The position numbers and the translations under genes are program-made. A stretch of 64,000 bases of DNA from Alphaproteobacteria bacterium (GTDB lineage Bacteria; Pseudomonadota; Alphaproteobacteria; UBA828), in the NCBI GenBank assembly GCA_965214705.1, contig CBDCCI010000002.1, positions 768,001 to 832,000 on the forward strand, given 5' to 3'. The notes below the pieces were generated by a model. The model did no database searches. It worked only from the letters and a program-made list of their open reading frames with translations, and was not told where the DNA came from. Below are positions 19,376 through 27,801 of the stretch, in pieces (position 1 is the stretch's first letter; each line of letters opens with the position of its first letter).

Positions 19376-19420
19376 CTAAGGGTCCACTCCGATAAGGGCT
19401 AATATTCCACGCTCAAGAAC

Positions 19421-19494
19421 TGCTCACCGGCGATTCCTTCTTCCTCGGCGGGATGAGCGAATTCGAGTTCCCGGCGAACGACTTCCTGGTCTTC
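19421..19494 (+). repeat. Relic of a second haloperoxidase gene 3' region
   Basis: Gap-free match to 15911-15984; translates LTGDSFFLGGMSEFEFPANDFLVF versus LTGDPFFPGGMSAFPAPANDFLVF. Confidence 0.85.
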
Positions 19495-19545
19495 AGGCTC
19501 GGACCAGCCCGCCTAGGGCACCGTAAGTCGTTGTCAGGAGGCTAA

Positions 19546-21159
19546 CCCGACTTATTCACGGAGAACCTTGCGGTTGAGGCTGGGTTGTCGGGTCGCGTCG
19601 TGGCCTGACGCGGTTTGGCGCCGGGATCTGAGGATGGGTCGCTATTGGGTTGAGGGTTGAACGAGCCTGGGTTGTCGGGGCACATCGCCCCGGCGCTCAG
19701 GGGCCTGCTGCGGCGAGGCGGCCTGCGAGCAGTCGGAAGAGAGCGGCGTCCGGGCAGGCCGAGGTGAAGTGGATGCGGACGCGGGTGGCCTTCTCGATGA
19801 CGCGGGTGCCGATCTTGAGGAGGCGCAGCCTGAGGGTTGCGAACTCTGCACGGGCGAGCGGCGCCGTGCGGGGAATGGCGTCGCGCAGCGCGAGCATCAT
19901 CCAGTAGGCTGCGGTGTGGAGCACCAGCCTGAGCTGGTTGGCGAGCGGGCTCTGGCAGGAGGTGCGGTCCGAGGCGAGCTGGCCCTTGTGCATCTTGATC
20001 AGGTTTTCGGCCTGGCCTCGGGCACAGTAGATGTCTTCGTAGAGACGGCGGGGCTCGCCCTTGAGCGAGGTGACGATATAGCGCGCGTCGAAGCCGCGCG
20101 TCGTCGCCTCGAGCCGGGCAACGACCCGGCGTTCGCGGCTCCAGGAGCGGGCGGCGTAGGCGAAGGCGGCGAAGCTGCGCATCCTGTCCGCGCCGGCCTC
20201 GGCGCGGCGGACCTTGAGGTCGTCGGCCACCTCGTAGGCCAAGGCGTTGAGCGCGCGGTTGCCCGCGAGGCCGAAGATGTAGTCGACGCCGTTCTCCTCG
20301 CACCAGGCCATGGCTTGCGGGCGGCCGTAGTGCGCATCTCCCCGGAAGACGATCCGGGTGTGCGGCCAGTGGCGGCGGATGCGGCCGACCAGATGCTTGA
20401 TGAGGGTGCGGACCTCGGGCCCCGACGGCGTCTTGCCCGGACGCAGGAGAACCGCCACCGGCTTGCCGCTCTCGACATGATAGACGTGGACGGGGAGGAA
20501 GCAGCGCGTGTCGTAATGAGCGTTGAACAGCGACAGCTGCTGGTGCCCGTGCACGGCATCGCAGGTGTCGTCGATATCCAGCGTGATGGCGGCAGGTGGG
20601 GCTGAGAAGGAGCGGCAGAAGAGATCGACCAGGGCGGCCGTCATGCGCGCCACCTCGATGCGAGACGGCGCGTTCTCCAGGCGGCTCATGGTCGGTTGAG
20701 AACACAGGTCGCGGCTGCTTTCCGGCGCCTTGCCTGAGGCCAGCTTGAACAGCGGGTCCGTGCGCAGCGCGTCGCAGTCGTCGCCATCCTCGTAACCGCA
20801 GGCGATGGCCAGCATGCGAAAGCGCAGCATGGCGGAGAGCGGGTGGACCACCTGCGCCTGATTGCGCCGGTCGCGGATGCAGCCCGCCAGGGTCTCGGCC
20901 AGACGTAAACTGCGCTCCGCCTCGCGCAACAGGACCAGGCCGCCGTCAGACGAGATCAGGCCGCCGTCGAAGGCGGCGCTCACCCTCTTGCGTTGGACGC
21001 TTGGCAGATCGAAGGGGAGAAGGCTATCGTCGGTCATGGCGGGCGTGGCTTTTTCGTTGTTCGGAGAGGAAGACGCCTCGACAACGAATTCCTACCCGAT
21101 GGCAACGGCTTACGCTACGTCCGCCACCCCAAAATCAGACCCGCCACGAATAATCCGGG
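19546..21159 (-). mobile_element. IS1380-family element, copy B (diverged isoform of copy A)
   Basis: Ends CCCGACTTATTC / GAATAATCCGGG. Target duplication CTAA at 19542-19545 and 21160-21163. Confidence 0.93.
19697..21037 (-). CDS. IS1380-family transposase (446 aa)
   Basis: Near-identical to the 1058-2398 protein. Confidence 0.95.
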   Translation of the reverse strand: MTDDSLLPFDLPSVQRKRVSAAFDGGLISSDGGLVLLREAERSLRLAETLAGCIRDRRNQAQVVHPLSAMLRFRMLAIACGYEDGDDCDALRTDPLFKLASGKAPESSRDLCSQPTMSRLENAPSRIEVARMTAALVDLFCRSFSAPPAAITLDIDDTCDAVHGHQQLSLFNAHYDTRCFLPVHVYHVESGKPVAVLLRPGKTPSGPEVRTLIKHLVGRIRRHWPHTRIVFRGDAHYGRPQAMAWCEENGVDYIFGLAGNRALNALAYEVADDLKVRRAEAGADRMRSFAAFAYAARSWSRERRVVARLEATTRGFDARYIVTSLKGEPRRLYEDIYCARGQAENLIKMHKGQLASDRTSCQSPLANQLRLVLHTAAYWMMLALRDAIPRTAPLARAEFATLRLRLLKIGTRVIEKATRVRIHFTSACPDAALFRLLAGRLAAAGP

Positions 21160-21163
21160 CTAA

Positions 21164-21461
21164 GAGTGCCGCTGTGGCGGCTCATAGGAAATTGCGATTG
21201 CAGGTATAATTATAAAGTATAGATATATCCATAAGGAATATAATAGGCTGCGAGTATGAGACGGTGCATGGCGCGAGCGGCGATGGAGACGGGTCACCCG
21301 AGGGCGCCGCGCTTCCCGGTGCGGGGTCAGCCCCACCGCTTTCGCAACGCGAATGCGACGAACGACCCGGCGGCGCAACGAGCGGGCCCGGCAGGCCTTG
21401 CCGAGTCGGCTCTTCACGCACGCCGCCACCCTGCTCCCAGCCTCCGGAAAGGAAATGTGAA
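21164..21461 (+). promoter_or_regulatory. Duplicated promoter/leader of Cys-rich gene 2
   Basis: About 16 mismatches and no indels over 209 nt versus 16399-16607 (hand count). Same AT-rich block. Confidence 0.75.
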
Positions 21462-22071
21462 ATGAAGACGCGACATTCAATTATTGGCTTGTTGGCATTC
21501 GCATTCATCGCGGCCGTTGCGGGCGAAGCCTGGGCCGCGTGCACGGGCAGCAACAGGATAGATCACAGCGATGCCGAGTGTCTGCATGGCTGGTGGGACA
21601 ACAACAGTTGGCCAAGGGAGTCGACCTTTGGCGCGCAGAACCTGTGCCCGGACTGGGGCACGGTCGTCGCGAAGGTGGATATCGCAGGAACCAGCGACAG
21701 GACGTGGCATCTCGCCAACGGCGACAAGAGGCGCGGCAGAACCTCGTTCACGGTTCGGGACATGGTTAAGGGTTGGGCAGGCTCTCTCTCGAGAGCCTGC
21801 CCAACCCTTTTGAACGAAGCCGCGGGCCACGAGAGGCGAAGTTGAGCTATGTGGAAAGTGCGCTGATGTCAGCGTCAGGCGGCATCCACCGGCAGCAGAG
21901 TTGCGCATAAAATCGACGCTCGCGCCGGTCTTTCGGCAGGCATGCGGGCGCACGCTGCGAGGACTGAGCGGGGTGTGAGCCGAGGGCTGTCAGCCCGGCT
22001 CAAGCGGAGACAGGTTCGGTCGTGCGTCGGCGCTTTGGCGCCGTTGCGCGGGGCCGAAGCGAGCGGGCGTC

Positions 22072-23313
22072 TCACGGTTTCCCCCTGTGGGTCGGCGGCA
22101 GCGCCGGCGGGCCGCGCGTCGAGCGGGGCTCATGGCGGCGGCGGATTTCGCGGACGAGGCGCATGACGCCGCCGCAGTGGGGGCAGGCCACGGGCGCGGT
22201 GCCGATCTCGGGCTCTTCGTCGGGCTCGGCCTGAGCGCCGTCCACGCTTCCCTCGGGGGCGGCGCAGCCGAGGGCGCCGAGAGCCTGGCGTGCTCTCTCC
22301 AGCGTGCTGGCGCGGCAGCCGTTGGCGAGGATGCCGAAGTAGCGAATGCGGTGCATGCCGTCCGGCAGGACGTGCCTCAGGAAGCGGCGGATGAACTCGT
22401 CGGCGCTCACGGTGGCGATGCCGTAGCGCGGCTTTCTCTGCCCCGGCGCCTTGGGCTTTCGGTGGCGGAAGGAGACCGTCTCGCCGTCGAAGGAGACGAT
22501 GCGGCTGTCGGAGATGGCGATCCTGTGCGTGTAGTGCGAGAGGTACCGGAAGACCTGCTCAGGCCCGCGGAAGGGCCGCTTGGCGTAGACCACCCAGTCC
22601 CTGGCCCGGGCGGCGGCAAGCGTGGCGTGGAACTCGCCGGGATTGGCGAGGTGGGCGAGGGTGCCGTGGAACTCCAGGTCCCCCCGGCCGTGGGCGCGGG
22701 CGAGCTCCTTGAGGAAGAGGCGGCGGAACAGGCTGCCGAGGACCTTGACGGGGGCGAGGAAGGTGGTGCTCCCCGTCTTCCACTCGCCACTGTCTACGTC
22801 GAAGCCCGCGTTGGGCACGACCACGTGCAGGTGCGGGTGGAAGCGGAGCTTCTGATCCCAGGTATGGAGGACCGCGGTGCCGCCGATGCGCATGCCGCCG
22901 TGGCGGGGATCGGCGGCGATGGTGCGCAGGGTCTCGGCGACGGCCCGGAAGAGGATGTCGAACACCACCCTGCGGTTGCAGAAGGCAATGGCGGCAACCT
23001 CCTTGGGCAGGGTGAAGACCACATGGAAGTAGGGCACCGGCAGGATGTCCCCGGCGCGCTCCTCGCTCCAGAGGTTGGCGGCGAGACCCTGGCAGGTGGG
23101 GCAGTGGCGGTTGCGGCAGGAGTTGAAGAGCGGATGCTCGCGCCCGCAGCCCTCGCAGGCGTACATGTGGCCGCCGAGCACGGCGGTGCGGCACGCCTCG
23201 ATGGCGCCCATGACCTTGAGCCGGGCGGCGTCGATGCGCCCTTTGTGGCGCTCACGGAAAGCGGCGCCGGCGCGGCGGAAGATCTCCGCCACGCCCGCGC
23301 GTTCGGCCTCCAC
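22072..23313 (-). CDS. IS91-family (Y2/HUH) transposase
   Basis: CRT..LGG, NSCRNRHCPTCQ, YFHVVFTLP, LHTW, HPHLH, YLSHYTHR and RIRYFG motifs. Confidence 0.95.
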   Translation of the reverse strand: MEAERAGVAEIFRRAGAAFRERHKGRIDAARLKVMGAIEACRTAVLGGHMYACEGCGREHPLFNSCRNRHCPTCQGLAANLWSEERAGDILPVPYFHVVFTLPKEVAAIAFCNRRVVFDILFRAVAETLRTIAADPRHGGMRIGGTAVLHTWDQKLRFHPHLHVVVPNAGFDVDSGEWKTGSTTFLAPVKVLGSLFRRLFLKELARAHGRGDLEFHGTLAHLANPGEFHATLAAARARDWVVYAKRPFRGPEQVFRYLSHYTHRIAISDSRIVSFDGETVSFRHRKPKAPGQRKPRYGIATVSADEFIRRFLRHVLPDGMHRIRYFGILANGCRASTLERARQALGALGCAAPEGSVDGAQAEPDEEPEIGTAPVACPHCGGVMRLVREIRRRHEPRSTRGPPALPPTHRGKP

Positions 23314-23319
23314 GCGCCG

Positions 23320-24198
23320 TCAGTTGCGCAACGCTGCGAAGCCTGAGATCGGGTGGTCGAGGCCCTCGAACATCTTGCCGGTGACGCGGGCGTAGTGACG
23401 GGTCGTGTTCGCGCTTCGATGGCCGAGCATGTCCCGGATCACCTCGATATCGCCGCCGCGCTCGAGGAGATGGGTCGCCGCCGAATGGCGCAGGCAATGG
23501 AAGGTGTAGCTGCGGTCGAGCTCGGCAATGTCGCGCGCCCTCCTGAAGGCGGCCTGCAAGGTCTCCGTTGCGATGGGCCTGTCGAGCGAGACGCCGTAGA
23601 AGAGCCAGTTCGTCGGACGCGGCCAGATGTTCCTGTAGTAGACGCGCAAGTAGTGGATGACGATGTCCGGCAACGGTGCCATTCTCTCGGTGCCGCCTTT
23701 GCCGGAGGGGATGTGCAGCAGCTTCTTCTCCGACAGGATGTCGCCGACCTTGATGGCCAAGGTCTCGGAGATGCGGAGCCCGCCGCCATAGCCGGTGACA
23801 ATGGCAGCACGGTGGCGGAGGTCGGGTGTCGCAAGGATGAGGTGCTCGACCTCCTGCTCCGACATGTAGCGCGGCAGCTTGCCGGGCTTCTTGCGGGAGC
23901 GCAGGCCGGCGACATGGTCAGGCCAGCCGAGTGTGTCGATGTAGAGGAAGTTCAGCGCGGCGAAGGAGACGTTGGTCGTGCCCGGACTGAGCCCCTTGTC
24001 GATCCGCCCCAGGTACCACTGGCGCACCTGCTCGGCGTCGAGCTCGTCCGGCGAGGCGTCGTAGTACCTGGCCAGGTTCTTGATCTCGCAGATGTAGGCC
24101 TTGGACGTGCTCGCGGCCAGATTGGCGATGCGGAGCTGCTCCTCCATGCGCTGGCGAAGAGGGGTGACGGTGTTCGTGTCGCACGCGGTCCCGGTCAT
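23320..24198 (-). CDS. Tyrosine recombinase of the IS91-like element
   Basis: TPLRQRM, GLRISE, GKGG, FHCLRHSAATHLLE and LGH...TTRHY motifs. Confidence 0.93.
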   Translation of the reverse strand: MTGTACDTNTVTPLRQRMEEQLRIANLAASTSKAYICEIKNLARYYDASPDELDAEQVRQWYLGRIDKGLSPGTTNVSFAALNFLYIDTLGWPDHVAGLRSRKKPGKLPRYMSEQEVEHLILATPDLRHRAAIVTGYGGGLRISETLAIKVGDILSEKKLLHIPSGKGGTERMAPLPDIVIHYLRVYYRNIWPRPTNWLFYGVSLDRPIATETLQAAFRRARDIAELDRSYTFHCLRHSAATHLLERGGDIEVIRDMLGHRSANTTRHYARVTGKMFEGLDHPISGFAALRN

Positions 24199-25286
24199 TA
24201 TCGATCTCCCTGGATCGCGACGGCGCGCCGCCGGACCGATCCGGCGACGGTCCGTCGCAGGGGTCGATGCTAACCACTGGTGATCGGGAGGCTGCTGGGG
24301 ATCCGCCACCCGACGGGCGGAGCGCCACTGACGCAACCGGGAAGCGAACGCACAGAACAAACGGCACCCGCGACGCCTCGGAAATGAATGAACTCTACGC
24401 CGCTAACTCCGCGTAGCGGCTTCGTTCAAATACTGCTGCAAGGACCTCGCCGACAACTTTTGCGACAAGACTGACCTGGTTTCGGTGGCGAGTTGCACGG
24501 ATCAGTTCGAGGACAGCGAGGCCGCCGACGACTGCGTTCTAGACGGCAACCCGACGGTCAATAACACGCACTGCGTGTTCGATCTGACGTGCGAGTATAC
24601 AGCGGACGGGACAGATCACGAGCACAGCTCCACGTACACTATAATCTGGTACCGCGCAGATGATATCCAATTCTGCGTCCAACATACCGGAAATGTAGGG
24701 ATATACATCAACACCTGCTGAGTGCCTGACGATGGCCGATAGCGGCGCGGCGGCATGTTCGTGGGCCGGCGACGAGCGCCGCACGATCGGGTGCCGGCGC
24801 GATTGCAGGGGCCTTGGACAGTAGCCTTCGGAGGGCGTGGGCCGGCGCCCTCCAAGGTGCCGGTATCGGCTCCCGGTCGGCTGCCCCGGAATATCGTCGG
24901 CCGCTGTCTTGCCGCTCAAGATCACGGACTTGCGATCCGGTCGTTCGGTTGCCGCACCTCCCTCGCAGAACAATCCCTCTACTATCCTCGACGAGACAGG
25001 TCTTGGCACCGTTGGGGACTGTCCGATTCGATACTTGAATAAGCGCTCTATTCATATACTGTATTTATATAATCAATAGTTATGTCGTGCGCCGACGGGT
25101 GCCGCGGCTGGCGTGCCGACATGGGAGACACGGATTTCGGTTCATCCAGAAGACGCGGGCGACGCCCGCGCGGCGCTTGCTCGGCGACGACAGGGCTGAC
25201 CGCATGGTCGTGATCGGCGCCGGTCGTCGCAGGTCGTTTCGTCCAGGCGAAATCCTGTCCGGGCCGGAGCGGCCCGGTTGCGCACG

Positions 25287-26753
25287 ATGAGCGAAGACGA
25301 ACGGCGCCGACGGTCCTGGCGGGTCGCCATCCTCCCGACGCGGCCCTGCATACCCGCGTTCGTGCTGCTGCTCATGGTGCCGCTGTTGTTTGCCTCCTGG
25401 TCGCCGGCGTCTGGCCAGGGGCAGGAGGGCGCCGACGAGGCGGCACTCGAGCTGACGCTGGACGACGCGATCCGGCTCGCGCTGCAGAACAACCGGAACC
25501 TGCTCGATGCCCGGCTCGCGCGCACTCTTCAGGAGTTCGCGCTGGACGTAGCCGAGGACCGCTACCGGCCGACGGCCGCCTTCAGCCCGGTCGTGCGGGC
25601 GGCGAGGGAGCAGGACACGACGGCGGAGCTTGCCGCCGAAACGGGGCTCCGGGTCGAGACCGGCGGGCAGTTCTCGCTGCGCTTCTCGCAGCCCGTTGCG
25701 GGCCCGGACGACGCCGACGGGAGCGTCTCGCTCAACTTCTCGCAGCCGCTGCTGCGGGGCTTCGGGATCGACATCGATACCGCCCCGCTCCGCATCGCGC
25801 GCCTCGGCGACAGGATCGGCGTTCTGGCGTTCCGCGAGACGATTGCCGGCGTCGTGGTCTCCACCATCAATGCGTGGCGGAACCTGGTGCGGGCCAGACG
25901 GCAACTGGAGATCGGCGAGGCCTCGCTGGTGCGCGCCCGCCAGCAGCTCGAGACCAACCGCACGCTGATCGAGGCGGGCCAGATGGCGGCACGCGAGATC
26001 CTGCAGAGCGAGGCGGACGTCGCCGACCGCGAGCTTGGCCTGGTGCAGACGCGGAACGTCGTGACGACGGCCAACTTCGGGCTGATCGGCATCCTCGATA
26101 TCGACAGCGCGACGGTGGTCCGACCGATGGAGGTGCCGTCCGCACCGCGGCCAACGCTCTCGCTGGCCGACGCGATCGAGACGGCGCTCCGTCATTCGCC
26201 CCGCTATACGCGCGCGCTGCTGGGCAAAGAGATCGCGGAAATCGACCTGGAGGTGGCCGAGGACGACCAGCTCTGGGATCTGTCGCTGGATGCCGACGTG
26301 TCGCGGGGCGTGGGCGGGGGTGCCGGGCAGACGGACTATTCCGCGGGCCTGCGTCTGACCATCCCGCTGTGGGACCGCGGGCCCGAGCTCGGTCTCAGAG
26401 CCGCGCAGGCCGACGTCACGCAGGCCGAACGCGGCCTGGTAGAGCTGCGCCAGTCGATGGACATCCAAGTGCGCCAGGCGGTGCACGACGTGGAGGTGGG
26501 CCTCAGGCAGATCGAGCTTGCCCGGCAAGCGCTCAGGCTTGCGGAGGAGAAGCTCGCGATCGAGCGGAGCAAGCTGCAGCAGGGGCTGTCGTCCATCTTC
26601 CAGCTCGCCCGCTTCGAGGATGACCTGGTGCGGGCGCAGAACGCCGAGGTGGACGCGCTCGTCGACTACGAGAACGCCCTGACGGCGCTGGACCAGACTC
26701 TGGGCACGACGCTCGAGACCTGGGGCATCACGGTCGAGCAGGTCGGGCGATGA
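25287..26753 (+). CDS. TolC-family outer membrane export protein
   Basis: Signal region, LTLDDAIRLALQNN, two OEP-like repeats (LSLADAIETAL; LTIPLWD; ERSKLQQGLSS). Confidence 0.9.
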   Translation: MSEDERRRRSWRVAILPTRPCIPAFVLLLMVPLLFASWSPASGQGQEGADEAALELTLDDAIRLALQNNRNLLDARLARTLQEFALDVAEDRYRPTAAFSPVVRAAREQDTTAELAAETGLRVETGGQFSLRFSQPVAGPDDADGSVSLNFSQPLLRGFGIDIDTAPLRIARLGDRIGVLAFRETIAGVVVSTINAWRNLVRARRQLEIGEASLVRARQQLETNRTLIEAGQMAAREILQSEADVADRELGLVQTRNVVTTANFGLIGILDIDSATVVRPMEVPSAPRPTLSLADAIETALRHSPRYTRALLGKEIAEIDLEVAEDDQLWDLSLDADVSRGVGGGAGQTDYSAGLRLTIPLWDRGPELGLRAAQADVTQAERGLVELRQSMDIQVRQAVHDVEVGLRQIELARQALRLAEEKLAIERSKLQQGLSSIFQLARFEDDLVRAQNAEVDALVDYENALTALDQTLGTTLETWGITVEQVGR

Positions 26754-27801
26754 TGGAGCCGCACACCGACGTCCACGGGCGTGTGCTGGAGAACCTGCTG
26801 GACGGGGTGATGGTGGTCGAGCGCGGCGGCACCATCGCGGTGTTCAATGGTGCGGCCGGCCGCATCCTGGGCATGGCGCCGGACGAGGTGCTGGGGAAGA
26901 GCTTCGCCGAGCTGTTCGTCCCGCACGACGAGCTGGAAGAGTTCAGCGAGCTCGTGCTGGGCACGGTTGCGGGCGAGAGCGAGAGCGGCCGGCAGGTGGT
27001 GACGCTCGATCCCGGCGGCCAGCCGCGCTCGCTCTCGGTATCGACGTCCTACATCAGGCAGACCGTCGGCGGCGTGTCCGAGCCGATGGCGCTGATCGCC
27101 GTCTTCAGCGACATCACTGAGATCAGGGAACTGCGCGAGACCGAGCTTCGCATGGCGAAGGAGGTGGAAGCGCAGCACGCCGAGCTGCAGTCGGCCTACC
27201 GGCAGATCGAGGAGCGCAGCGAGACCCTGGCCCGGACACTGAAGAAGGTCCAGGTGGCGCGGATCATGGCGACGGTGCTGGTGATCGGGGTGTTCCTGGG
27301 CGCCGGCGCCTACGTGTGGCGGCCGTTCGACCACGTCGATGTGCCGTTCATCGGCGGCTCGTCGGGCTCGTCGATGATCGCCGAGGCCGACGCCGATACC
27401 GCGAGCGGCCTTTACACCCTGACGGTGGAGCCCGAGCCGGTGCGCGAGACGATCTCGCTGGCGGGAACGCTCGAGCCGTGGCGCTCGGTGTCGGTCGCGA
27501 GCCCGCTTGAGAGCCACATCGCCGTCGTGCACTTCCGCCAGGGCCAGGCGGTGACGGAGGGCGACCTCCTGATCGAGCTCAACACCTCGGAGACGGTTCG
27601 CCTGCACCGCGAGGCGCAGGTGAAGCACATCGAGGCGCTGAGGGCGTTCGAGACCGTCAGGGACTGGGAGAGCGGGCCCGAGATGGCCGAGGCGCGGCGC
27701 TCGTTTGCGCGGGCGCGGATGGCGCTGGAAAGCCAGGAGAAGCAGCTGAAGCGGACTGCATTCCTGCTGGAGCAGGGGCTCGTTCCCGCATCGGATCACG
27801 A

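Larger units (their letters stand above)
21764..24429 (-). mobile_element. IS91-family rolling-circle element carrying a tyrosine recombinase
   Basis: Boundaries defined by the interrupted gene (uncertain by 1 nt). No target duplication. 14-bp inverted repeat at 21810-21823 and 24416-24429. Perfect 19-bp hairpin at 21768-21809. Confidence 0.9.
21462..24721 (+). pseudogene. Secreted cysteine-rich protein 2 (12 Cys), split by an IS91-like element
   Basis: Joining 21462-21763 to 24430-24721 restores ...SFTVRD-I-YCCKDLADNFC...YINTC*, collinear with protein 1 (RVNG-I-HCCKD). Confidence 0.9.

Noticed and set aside
907-21159. Composite transposon bounded by the two IS1380 copies
   Set aside because: Each copy has its own target duplication (CTAG, CTAA) and the copies are diverged, so they are independent insertions.
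25047-25075. LexA box upstream of TolC
   Set aside because: CTGT-N8 is followed by AATC rather than ACAG, and alphaproteobacterial LexA uses a different motif.
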